Origin: Armatimonadota bacterium
GTDB lineage: Bacteria; Sysuimicrobiota; Sysuimicrobiia; Sysuimicrobiales; Kaftiobacteriaceae
Reading direction: 5' to 3'
DNA length: 64,000 bases
NCBI GenBank assembly: GCA_037440005.1
Contig: JBBIUY010000009.1
Location: forward strand, 9,200-73,199
Below, in pieces: positions 31,013 through 40,011 of this stretch (the stretch's first letter is position 1; each line of letters opens with the position of its first letter). The position numbers and the translations under genes were made by a program. Under the pieces are notes generated by a model. That model was not told the origin of the DNA and searched no databases. It was given only the letters and a program-made list of their open reading frames with translations.

Positions 31013-31918
31013 CTAGATCTTCAGCCGGGGGTCGAGGGCGTCGCGCAGACCGTCGCCGAAGAAGTTGAAGCACAGCACCGTCAGGAAGATCATCATGCCG
31101 GGCCAGAAGGCCAGCCAGGGGGCGGTCCACAGGTAACTCTGGGCGTTCTGCAGCATGTTCCCCCAGGAGGGGATGGGCGGCTGGATGCCCACCCCGAAGT
31201 AGGACAGGGCGGCCTCGGTCAGGATGGCGCCCCCCACGTCCAGGGTGGCGGCCACGATGATGGGCGCCAGGGCGTTGGGCAGCAGGTGGCGGAAGATGAT
31301 CCGGGTCTCGCTGGCGCCCAGGGCCCGGGCCGCCTCGGCGAAGTCCTGGGTTTTCAGGCGCAGGATCTCGCCCCGCACCAGCCGCGCCGCCACCGTCCAC
31401 CCGAACAGGCCGATGATGGCCACGATGGGGAGGATGCCCCCACCGAAGTAGCGCCCCAGCAGCAGCAGGACGCCGAAGACCGGCAGGGTCAGGACGATGT
31501 CGGTCAGGCGCATCAGCACGTTGTCCAGCAGGCCGCCGTAGTACCCCGCCACGACCCCCACCAGGGTGCCCAGGGCCACCGCCGACAGGGCCGCCGCAAA
31601 CCCCACCACCAGCGACACCCGCCCGGCGTACAGCAGCCGGGTGAAGACGTCGTGGCCCAGGTCGTCGGTGCCCAGCCAGTGCCGGCCGGAGAACGGCGGG
31701 GCGAACCGGTTGGTCAGGTCGATCTGCTCGAACCGGTAGGGCGCGATCCAGGGCGCGAAGACGGCCGCCAGGACCAGCAGGGCGATGACCGCCAGCCCGC
31801 CCATGGCCAGCCGGTGCCGGCGCAGCCGCCGCCAGGCGATCTGCCAGTACCCTTCCCCGGGGCGGGCCGCCTCGGCCGCGGCGGCCGCGGGCGCGAGGGT
31901 GACGGCGGGACGGGCCAC
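31013..31918 (-). CDS. Peptide ABC permease (C-type)
   Basis: HWLGTDDLGHD, FAEAARALGA. Confidence 0.92.
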   Translation of the reverse strand: MARPAVTLAPAAAAAEAARPGEGYWQIAWRRLRRHRLAMGGLAVIALLVLAAVFAPWIAPYRFEQIDLTNRFAPPFSGRHWLGTDDLGHDVFTRLLYAGRVSLVVGFAAALSAVALGTLVGVVAGYYGGLLDNVLMRLTDIVLTLPVFGVLLLLGRYFGGGILPIVAIIGLFGWTVAARLVRGEILRLKTQDFAEAARALGASETRIIFRHLLPNALAPIIVAATLDVGGAILTEAALSYFGVGIQPPIPSWGNMLQNAQSYLWTAPWLAFWPGMMIFLTVLCFNFFGDGLRDALDPRLKI

Positions 31919-31940
31919 GGTCTACCGCCTCCCGGTGCGG

Positions 31941-32936
31941 TCAGTCATAGCGGATCCGCGGATCCAGGGCCGCGTAGGCCACATCCGCCAGCAGGTTGAA
32001 CACCAGGACCAGGACCGCCAGGAACATGAGCACCGCCTGGGCGGCCACGTAGTCGCCGTTGAGGACCGACTCCACCAGCAGCCGGCCGACCCCGGGCCAG
32101 GCGAAGACCGTCTCGGTGATGGGGGCGCCGGCGAAGAGGTTGGCGATGGACAGGGCCATGATGGTGACCAGAGGGATGAGGGCGTTGCGCAGGGCGTGCC
32201 GGTTGATCACCACCCGCTCGGCCAGCCCCTTGGCCCGGGCCGTGCGCACGTAGTCCTGGCGGATGACCTCCAGCATGCTGGAACGGGTGTAGCGGGTGTA
32301 GGTGGCCATGGACAGCAGCGCCAGGACCACCGACGGCAGGATCATGTAGCGCAGGCGGTCCAGGACAAACGGCAGCCCCGGCGGCACCCCGGGGGTGCTG
32401 ATCCCTCCCGGCGGCAGCACCAGCCACCCCAGCCCCGGAAGGGCCGTCCAGGGGTGCCAGACCGCGAACAGGTAGATGGCCATGATGCCAAACCAGAACA
32501 CGGGGATGCTGACCCCGAAGAAGGTGAACGTGGTCGCCAGGTAGTCCAGGACCGAGTACTGGTGCAGGGCCGAGTAGATCCCCACCGGCACCGCCACCAC
32601 CACCGCCAGGACAAACGCCGTCACGGTCAGCCACAGGCTGTTGGCGATGCGGTCCCGCAGCAGGTTGGTGACGGGCTCCTTGTAGGTGCGGGAGAAGCCC
32701 AGGTCCCCCTGCAGGGTCCGGCCCAGCCACTTCAGGTAGCGGACGTGGATGGGCTGGTCCAGCCCATACAGGCGCTTCAGCCGCGCCACGTCCTCGGGCT
32801 TGACCCGGGGGTCGGACGCGATGAGCAGGTCCACCGGGTCCCCCGGCGCGAGGGTCAGCAGGGTGAACAGCAGCACGGAGATCCCCAGGGCGATGGGGAT
32901 CATCTGGAGAATGCGCCGGAGGACGTACCGCTGCAC
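31941..32936 (-). CDS. Peptide ABC permease (B-type)
   Basis: DYVRTARAKGL, DPRIRY. Confidence 0.92.
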   Translation of the reverse strand: MQRYVLRRILQMIPIALGISVLLFTLLTLAPGDPVDLLIASDPRVKPEDVARLKRLYGLDQPIHVRYLKWLGRTLQGDLGFSRTYKEPVTNLLRDRIANSLWLTVTAFVLAVVVAVPVGIYSALHQYSVLDYLATTFTFFGVSIPVFWFGIMAIYLFAVWHPWTALPGLGWLVLPPGGISTPGVPPGLPFVLDRLRYMILPSVVLALLSMATYTRYTRSSMLEVIRQDYVRTARAKGLAERVVINRHALRNALIPLVTIMALSIANLFAGAPITETVFAWPGVGRLLVESVLNGDYVAAQAVLMFLAVLVLVFNLLADVAYAALDPRIRYD

Positions 32937-32999
32937 GCGCGCCTCAGCGGGCCCGCCCCGGAGCCGGGGGAGCTCCCGGCTCCGGGGCAGCCACCGACG

Positions 33000-34679
33000 T
33001 CACTGCCAGAACCACCGGTGCACGTTCCAGGTCTCGTAGGTGCCGCTCAACTGCACGGCGGTGAAGCCCTGCAGCCCCACCTTGGCGGCGGCCACCGACG
33101 CCCGGACGTACAGCGGCAGGGCCGGCAGGTCGCGGGCGAAGATCTGGGCGCTCTGCTGCAGCAGCTGGTTCCGCCGGGCCTCGTCCACCTCCCGGCTGGC
33201 GGCCTTGCACACCCGGTCCATCTCGGGGTTCTTGTAGCCCGGGTAGTTCTGGCCGGCCCAGCCGTTGGCCTCGGTGGGGATGCCGTCGGAGGTGTACAGC
33301 TGGTCGCAGTCCGAGGTGGGCGACATCACCCAGGCGTACATGGCCAGGGCCTTGAACTTCCGCTGGTTGGTGATCTCCCCGAACAGCACCCGGGCCGGGA
33401 AGTTCTGGATCACGATCTCGATCCCGACCTCCCGCAGGTTCTGCTGGATGATCTGCTCCACCTGCTCCCGCACCCGGTTGCCGGCGGTGGTGTTGATCTC
33501 GAAGGACAGCCGCTGGCCGGCGGCGTTGCGCATGATGCCGTCGGGGCCGGGGGTGAAGCCGGCCTCCTGCAGCAGCGCCCGGGCCCGGGCTGGGTCGTAG
33601 GGGTACTTCTGCACGTTGTCGGTGTAGCCGGGGTGCCGGGGCGGCAGGTAGGTGTGGGAGACGGGCTGCTTGCCCTCAAACAGCTGCTGGGAGATGGCCT
33701 CCCGGTTGATGCCGTGGGCGATGGCCCGCCGCACCCGCACGTCCTGCAGGAGCGGGTTGTCCAGGTTGAAGTCGATGTGCTCCCAGATCAGCCCCGGCTC
33801 GAAGAACACCCGGAACCGGCCCGCCGACTGCCTGTCCAGCTGCACCGCCTGGTCGAAGGAGATGCCGATGGTGCTGATGGCGTCGATGGCCCCCGACAGC
33901 ATGTTGGCCACCAGGGCGTTGGTGTCGGGGATGAACCGCCAGATGATGCGCCGGATCCGCGGCGTCCCGAAGATGGGGTGGGTGCCCACCGACTCCACCG
34001 TCAGGGACGCGCCCTTGCGCCACTCCACCAGCCGGTAGGCGCCGTCGCCGATGGTGACCTTGGGGTCGTTGCCGTAGGGCGCCTCGTTGAGCTTGCTGGG
34101 GTTCTCCCGGTAGTAGCGCTCCACCACGTGCCGCGGCAGAGCGCCGTACTCGGTGATGGTCAGGTTGGCGTAGGCGTACCGCTCCTTCCAGTTCACCTGG
34201 ATGTCCAGGCCCTCGGCGCCCTGGGTGCACAGGACGTTGGCGATGCGGTTGGTCAGGTCGCGCACCACCACCGGCACGTTCACGTTGCGGGCCACCGTGT
34301 GGCCGAAGACGTAGTCGGCGCAGGTCACCGGCCTGCCGTCGTGCCAGTTGCGGGCCTTGAGCTTCCAGGTCAGCGTCATCCTGTCGCCGTCCAGCTTCCA
34401 GGTGCCGTCCCGGAGGTTGGGGATGGACTCGACGCCCTGGGCGAACAGCTTCCAGGTGTTGTCGCGCTCCACGTCGCTGACGAAGATGGTGTCCATCACC
34501 GAGACCGAGGCCGCCATCTCCGCGAACAGCGGGTTGAGGAAGTCGGGCTCCTGCTGGATGCCGATCACCACCGTGTCCCGCCCCGCCGCGGGCTGGGCCT
34601 GCACCACGCCCGCCGGCCAGACCGAGATGGTCAGAGCCGCCGCCAGCAAGATGACCGCATGGTGCCATCGTGCGCGCAT
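33000..34679 (-). CDS. Family 5 ABC substrate-binding protein
   Basis: Signal peptide from ATG 34679, QEPDFLNP, WHDGRPVT, VRRAIAHGINRE; paralogous to 27338-29014. Confidence 0.92.
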   Translation of the reverse strand: MRARWHHAVILLAAALTISVWPAGVVQAQPAAGRDTVVIGIQQEPDFLNPLFAEMAASVSVMDTIFVSDVERDNTWKLFAQGVESIPNLRDGTWKLDGDRMTLTWKLKARNWHDGRPVTCADYVFGHTVARNVNVPVVVRDLTNRIANVLCTQGAEGLDIQVNWKERYAYANLTITEYGALPRHVVERYYRENPSKLNEAPYGNDPKVTIGDGAYRLVEWRKGASLTVESVGTHPIFGTPRIRRIIWRFIPDTNALVANMLSGAIDAISTIGISFDQAVQLDRQSAGRFRVFFEPGLIWEHIDFNLDNPLLQDVRVRRAIAHGINREAISQQLFEGKQPVSHTYLPPRHPGYTDNVQKYPYDPARARALLQEAGFTPGPDGIMRNAAGQRLSFEINTTAGNRVREQVEQIIQQNLREVGIEIVIQNFPARVLFGEITNQRKFKALAMYAWVMSPTSDCDQLYTSDGIPTEANGWAGQNYPGYKNPEMDRVCKAASREVDEARRNQLLQQSAQIFARDLPALPLYVRASVAAAKVGLQGFTAVQLSGTYETWNVHRWFWQ

Positions 34680-34824
34680 CTCACTCCCCCTCCGTGTCCA
34701 GAATGCCGGGGCCCGCCGCCCCGGATGTGGCATCCCACGCCCGTCCCGCGCCGCCGCGCCACCACCCCCCTTCCCCCCACAGCGTCGGGCACACGCGTCC
34801 ACACGCCGCGCTCCGCCGGCACTG

Positions 34825-35151
34825 TCAGTGCAGGCTCTGCAGGACCCACTCCAGCGGGTTGAGGCTGAGCACCATCCGGTCCCGCCCGGGTGCGCGGACC
34901 GGCTCCTCCCGGCCCACAGCGGCCGGAAGGTCCGGCTGCCGGCGCAGGGGAGCGGACGGCCGGGTCCGGTGGCGGTCCAGGAACGCCTCCAGGTCGGCCC
35001 GGCGCACCCTGTAGACCCTGCCGACCCTCACCGCCGCAATCCGACCGGTCCGGATGTACCGGTAGACGGTCATCCGGTGCACCTGGAGGTAGGCGGCCAC
35101 CTGTTCGACAGTCATCAGGTCCGGCCAGCCCCCCGCAGATCCTTCGGGCAT
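34825..35151 (-). CDS. Excisionase/BldC-like (MerR-type HTH) DNA-binding protein
   Basis: LMTVEQVAAYLQVHRMTVYRYIRTGRIAAVRVGRVYRV; strong GGAGG RBS. Confidence 0.85.
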   Translation of the reverse strand: MPEGSAGGWPDLMTVEQVAAYLQVHRMTVYRYIRTGRIAAVRVGRVYRVRRADLEAFLDRHRTRPSAPLRRQPDLPAAVGREEPVRAPGRDRMVLSLNPLEWVLQSLH

Positions 35152-35269
35152 ATCCTCCTCCGTGTTGATGAGAGCATACTACTGTTACGCTACGATAACG
35201 GACTTCCCCTGTCGTCGGTTCCCGGTGCGCTCCTCCCCGCCCGGTCTGCTTTCCTGCCCCCGGTCCCCC

Positions 35270-35473
35270 CTACCGTCTGGTCCGTTGCCGGAACAATACC
35301 CCCGCCCCCACCAGTCCCACCGCCAGCCCCGCCACCGCCAGCGCATACGCCGCCAGGCTGAGCCCCACGTTGGGGGGGACCCACCGGACGGTCATGGCAA
35401 ACAGCGTCGCCCAGCCGGCCCCCAGCAGCAGGGCTGCCGCAGCCAGAAGGCGGGAGGGATTTTCGGGGATCAA
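35270..35473 (-). CDS. Small two-TM membrane protein at the end of the ABC operon
   Basis: TTG start overlapping the ATPase stop (TTGA); two hydrophobic helices. Confidence 0.6.
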   Translation of the reverse strand: MIPENPSRLLAAAALLLGAGWATLFAMTVRWVPPNVGLSLAAYALAVAGLAVGLVGAGVLFRQRTRR

Positions 35474-36501
35474 TCCGACCGTGCTCCGTCGGTCCGGGCG
35501 GCCGCGGGTGAAACCCCCTCCACCCCGGTCGGGGCGTACAGCCAGCAGGCGACCCGCTGGCCCGGCGAGGGTTCGAAGGCAGGGGGGTCGCGGACCTCGC
35601 ACAGGCCGGGGACCGCGCGGGGACAGCGGGGGTGAAACCGGCAGCCCGGCGGAGGGGCCAGCAGGCTGGGAGGCTCGCCGGGAGGCACGTCCCGGAAGCG
35701 GGCGGCGTTGTCCGGGTCGGGGTCGGGGATGGCTGCCAGCAGGGCCTGGGTGTAGGGGTGCCGGGGGAAGCGGATCAGCTGCCCCACCGGGGCTTCCTCC
35801 ACGATCCGGCCCGCGTACATCACCATCACCCGCTCGCAGAAGTACCGCACCGTGGACAGGTCGTGGGTGATGTACAGGACGCTGAGGCGGTAGCGGTCCT
35901 GCAGGGCCCGCAGCAGGTACAGGATCTCCACCCGCACCGAGGCGTCCAGCATCGAGACCGGCTCGTCGGCCACGATCAGGTCCGGGCGCAGGATCACCGC
36001 CCGCGCCACCACCAGCCGCTGCTGCTGCCCGCCGCTGAGCATGTGGGGGTAGCGGGGCAGGAAGTCGTCCACGGGGGTCAGCCCCACGTCCTCCAGGGCC
36101 GCCCGCACCCGCTCCAGGCGCTCGCGCGGGGAGGTCACCCCGTTGACCACCAGGGGTTCTTCGAGGATGCGCCGGGCGGTCATGAACGGCGGCAGCGCCC
36201 CGTAGGGGTCCTGCTGGACGTAGCCCACCCGGGAGCGGTACCACCGCAGGTCCGCCCCGCCCACCGGGCGGCCGTCGAAGACGATCTCCCCCCGGGTGGG
36301 CGGGTGCAGGCCCAGCAGCGTGCGGGCCAGGGTGCTTTTGCCGCAGCCGCTCTCTCCGACCACGGCCACCGCCTCCCCCCGCCGCAGCTCGAAGGTGACC
36401 CCGTCCACCGCCCGCACCACCCCCGCCCGGAGAAATCCCCACCGGCGCAGCTCGAACCAGGTGTGCAGGTTCCGGACCGACAGCAGCACGTCGGCGGCCA
36501 C
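35470..36501 (-). CDS. Peptide ABC transporter ATPase
   Basis: [24 protein letters not shown]; start placed at GTG 36501. Confidence 0.93.
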   Translation of the reverse strand: MAADVLLSVRNLHTWFELRRWGFLRAGVVRAVDGVTFELRRGEAVAVVGESGCGKSTLARTLLGLHPPTRGEIVFDGRPVGGADLRWYRSRVGYVQQDPYGALPPFMTARRILEEPLVVNGVTSPRERLERVRAALEDVGLTPVDDFLPRYPHMLSGGQQQRLVVARAVILRPDLIVADEPVSMLDASVRVEILYLLRALQDRYRLSVLYITHDLSTVRYFCERVMVMYAGRIVEEAPVGQLIRFPRHPYTQALLAAIPDPDPDNAARFRDVPPGEPPSLLAPPPGCRFHPRCPRAVPGLCEVRDPPAFEPSPGQRVACWLYAPTGVEGVSPAAARTDGARSD

Positions 36502-36509
36502 GGTCTCCC

Positions 36510-37487
36510 TCAGGCGTACAGCCAGCACCGGACCCGCCGGTCGCCCACCTGCAGCAGGGGGGGCTCCTGGCTGCACCGGGCAAACCGGGCCGGACACCGG
36601 TCGGCGAACCGGCAGCCGGCGGGAGGGCGGACCAGGCTGGGCGGTCGGCCGGGAATGGCCGCCAGCGCCTTGTCCTGCCGCAGGGTGGGGACGCTGGCCA
36701 TCAGAGCCCGGCTGTAGGGGTGCAGCGGCTCCCGGTAGAACTGCCCGGCGGTGCTGACCTCCACCACCTGGCCGGCGTACATCACCGCGGCGTCGTCGGC
36801 CAGCTCGCTGCTGGTGGCGATGTCGTGGGTCACCAGCAGGAAGGTGACCCCCATCTCCTTCTTGACGGCCTTCAGCACGTTGAGGACGGCGGCCTGGGTC
36901 AGCACGTCCAGGGCCGAGGTGGGTTCGTCCAGGATGATCAGGTCGGGCACAGTCACCAGGGCCATGGCCAGGGCCACGCGCTGGCGCATGCCGCCGCTGA
37001 GCTCAAAGGGGTAGCGGTCCACAAAGTCCCGGGGGACCCCCACCTGCCGGAAGACGTCCGCCACCATCCGGCGGGCCTCGGCGGCCGTCCTGGCCCGGCC
37101 GTGCACCAGCAGGGGCTCGGCCACCTGGTCGCCCACGGGCAGGACCGGGTTGAGAGCGTTCATGGCGGCCTGCGGGACCAGGGCCAGGCGCACCCACCGG
37201 ATCTCCCGGCGGAACCGCTCCTCGGGCATCTGCATGACGTCCTCGCCATCCAGCCACACCCGCCCCGAGTAGGTGTGGACGTTGCGGGGCAGCAGGCGGA
37301 GGATGGCGCGCGCGAGGGAGGACTTGCCGCACCCGCTCTCCCCCACGATGACCATGCTGCGGCCCCGGCGGACCGTCAGGTCCACCCCGTCCACCGCCTG
37401 CACCGGTCCCCGGAGGGTGCGGAAGTACAGCCGCAGATCCTCCAGGCGGAGCAGGGGGTGTCCGGACGGCCCGCCGGGCACGGTCAC
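36510..37487 (-). CDS. Peptide ABC transporter ATPase
   Basis: [28 protein letters not shown] overlap with the upstream permease. Confidence 0.93.
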   Translation of the reverse strand: MTVPGGPSGHPLLRLEDLRLYFRTLRGPVQAVDGVDLTVRRGRSMVIVGESGCGKSSLARAILRLLPRNVHTYSGRVWLDGEDVMQMPEERFRREIRWVRLALVPQAAMNALNPVLPVGDQVAEPLLVHGRARTAAEARRMVADVFRQVGVPRDFVDRYPFELSGGMRQRVALAMALVTVPDLIILDEPTSALDVLTQAAVLNVLKAVKKEMGVTFLLVTHDIATSSELADDAAVMYAGQVVEVSTAGQFYREPLHPYSRALMASVPTLRQDKALAAIPGRPPSLVRPPAGCRFADRCPARFARCSQEPPLLQVGDRRVRCWLYA

Positions 37488-38812
37488 ATCTCCCGCAGGC
37501 GCGGGTTGAAGACGCGGTCCAGGGCGTAGCCCAGCATGGTGAAGCCCAGCCCGCTGAGCATCAGCAGCGCCGCCGGCTGCACCACCCAGTAGTAGTGGCC
37601 CGTGTACAGGGCGCCCCGGCGGTAGGCGTCCTCCAGGATCTTCCCCCAGGTGGGCAGGACCGGGTCGCCCAGGCCCAGCACCGCCAGGGTCGCCTCCAGG
37701 AAGACGAAGGCGGGAATCAGGGTGACGAACTGGGGGATCAGCACGGGGACGGCCCGGGGGATCATGTAGGTGAACACCATGCGCAGGCCCCGCACCCCGT
37801 AGGCCCGGGCGGCCTCGATGTAGGGCGTCTCCTTCACCTGCAGGAACAGCGCCCGGTAGGTCTTGATCCCCGCCCCGAACACCCCCAGCAGGATCACCGT
37901 TCCCAGGATGACCCAGATGCTGCGGGAGTACAACGTCCCGATCATGATGAGGAGGGGCAGCGCCGGCAGGATCAGGTTCACCTCGGTGACCCGCTGGATC
38001 AGCCCGTCCACCCACCCGCCGTACCACACCCCCACGGCGGCGATGGCGAGGGTGCTGGCGGTGGACCCCACCGCCGCCAGCAGGCCGAACGCCAGGGCCA
38101 CCGGCGTGCCCCACAGCAGCGCCACCGTCAGGTCGCGGCGCTGGTGGTCGGTGCCGGCCCACCCGTACACCTCGCCGTAGACCACCAGCCGGACATCCAC
38201 ACGCGCGTCGGGCTCGAACAGAAACGCACTGACCTCCAGGGCGTAGCGGCCCGGGCGCGCCTGGCCCGGACGGCCGGGGTCGGCAAACAGCACCGCCTCC
38301 GGAGGGCCGCCCAGCTGCTGGCGCAGCTCGGGGCTGGCCGACAGCCGCACCGCGTCCCGCCGGCGGTCCGCGGTCCGCTCCGCCAGGGGGACCTCGGTTC
38401 CGTCGGGAAACCGCCACGCCAGGGCCAGGTGGGGCGCCCGCTCGGCGAAGGTGGCGTCGACGAACACCGACACCTCCGGAGGCGGGGTCCGGTACGGGTA
38501 GTCAAACGCCAGCTCCATGCCCACCCGGCGGACGCCGCCGCCCAGGTCCTCCTCCCGCCGCAGCGCCCGGCGGCTGTCCACCACGATGGTGGCCGGCCGC
38601 CGGCGCACCCCGGGGATCCAGTTGACCCAGGCGGGCCAGGCGTTGCGGGGCGTCTGTAGCCACAGGTCCTCACCGCCCTGCCACAGGCGCACCGCCTCCC
38701 GGTACGGGAGCGTGACCACGGCGTACACCGACAGGACCACCAACAGCGCGATGATGGCCAGGCCCGCCACCGCCGCCGGGATGCGCCGGATCTCGTCCAG
38801 GACGCCCCTCAC
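37484..38812 (-). CDS. ABC permease (C-type) with a large extracytoplasmic insert
   Basis: GTDHQRRD, YIEAARAYG, FNPRLR; GTGA overlap. Confidence 0.9.
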   Translation of the reverse strand: MRGVLDEIRRIPAAVAGLAIIALLVVLSVYAVVTLPYREAVRLWQGGEDLWLQTPRNAWPAWVNWIPGVRRRPATIVVDSRRALRREEDLGGGVRRVGMELAFDYPYRTPPPEVSVFVDATFAERAPHLALAWRFPDGTEVPLAERTADRRRDAVRLSASPELRQQLGGPPEAVLFADPGRPGQARPGRYALEVSAFLFEPDARVDVRLVVYGEVYGWAGTDHQRRDLTVALLWGTPVALAFGLLAAVGSTASTLAIAAVGVWYGGWVDGLIQRVTEVNLILPALPLLIMIGTLYSRSIWVILGTVILLGVFGAGIKTYRALFLQVKETPYIEAARAYGVRGLRMVFTYMIPRAVPVLIPQFVTLIPAFVFLEATLAVLGLGDPVLPTWGKILEDAYRRGALYTGHYYWVVQPAALLMLSGLGFTMLGYALDRVFNPRLREM

Positions 38813-39927
38813 CGCCGCTCCTCCCCGCCCACCTTCACCCGGGGGTCCACCACCGCGTAGACGATGTCCAGGACGAAGACGGTGACCGCCAGCAGGTAGG
38901 CGTAGATGATGGTGACGCCCACGATGACCGGCGTGTCGAACGCCCCGATGGCCTGGTACAGGGCCCGGCCCAGCCCCGGCCAGGTGAAGACCGTCTCCAG
39001 CACGATGGCGCCGGTCCACGCCCCGATCAGGCCCAGGGCGAAGCTGGTGATGATGGTCGGGAGCGTCGGCCGCAGAATGTACCGGCGCTCGATCGCCCCC
39101 GGGGGCAGCCCCTTGGCCTGGGCCATCTCCACGTAGTCCTCGCTGCTGAAGATCAAAAAGAACGTCCGCCACGAGTACACCGCCAGGAAAATGGTGCTCA
39201 AAAACAGGGCGGCGGACGGCAGGACCATGTGCTTGAGCACGCTCAGGGCGTAGCGCAGGGGGTGCTCGGGCGGGGGCGCGTCCACCATGCCCCCAAAGGG
39301 CAGCACCCGCAGCAGGGCGGCGAAGATCAGGATGAGGAAGATGCCGTAAAACCACGCCGGGGCCGCCGACGTGGGCGCCAGGGCCACGGTCAGCCGGTCC
39401 GCCCAGCTGCCGTAGCGGCGGGACAGGGACAGCGCCGCCACCACCGACGCGGCGAACAGGAGGACCTGGGCGGTCACGAACAGCAGCAGGGTGGGCGGCA
39501 GGCGGTCCAGGATGATGTTGCGCACCAGGCGCGAGCCGGTGTCGCTGGTGGTGTGCTCGGCGAACCCCAGCCGCAGCAGCAGGGCCTCCCGCAGCAGGAT
39601 CACGCTGCGCAGCAGGAACGGCCGGTCCAGACCCAGCCGCTGCTCCTCCAGCCGCACCAGCTGCTCGATGAGGTGCTGGCGCTCTTCGGGCGGCCGCAGG
39701 CGCATCTGGGGGTCAAAGGACACCTGCAGGGAGACCTGCTCGCGGATCTCGGCCTTCTTGATCCGGTCCACGTAGCCGCCCATGTTGGCCACCAGGATGG
39801 TCAGGTACACGCCGACCACCACGGTCGCGAACAACGCCACCAGCCGGGTGGCCGCGTAGGCGGCCACCCGGGCCACCGTGCCGGCGGCCCTCGTCCTGGA
39901 CGGTGCGGGAATCGCGATCTGCGCCAT
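38809..39927 (-). CDS. ABC permease (B-type)
   Basis: EDYVEMAQAKGL, ETVFTWPGLG, DPRVK. Confidence 0.9.
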   Translation of the reverse strand: MAQIAIPAPSRTRAAGTVARVAAYAATRLVALFATVVVGVYLTILVANMGGYVDRIKKAEIREQVSLQVSFDPQMRLRPPEERQHLIEQLVRLEEQRLGLDRPFLLRSVILLREALLLRLGFAEHTTSDTGSRLVRNIILDRLPPTLLLFVTAQVLLFAASVVAALSLSRRYGSWADRLTVALAPTSAAPAWFYGIFLILIFAALLRVLPFGGMVDAPPPEHPLRYALSVLKHMVLPSAALFLSTIFLAVYSWRTFFLIFSSEDYVEMAQAKGLPPGAIERRYILRPTLPTIITSFALGLIGAWTGAIVLETVFTWPGLGRALYQAIGAFDTPVIVGVTIIYAYLLAVTVFVLDIVYAVVDPRVKVGGEERR

Positions 39928-40011
39928 GGGACCCGGGACGGCGGAGGGGGCGCCGAAGAGCGCCCCCTCCCGTCTTCGCGCTCGCCTCCTATCCTACCGG
40001 ACCCGGCCGGG

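Noticed and set aside
34825..35151. Prophage excisionase
   Set aside because: No integrase or phage genes nearby; more likely a transcription regulator.
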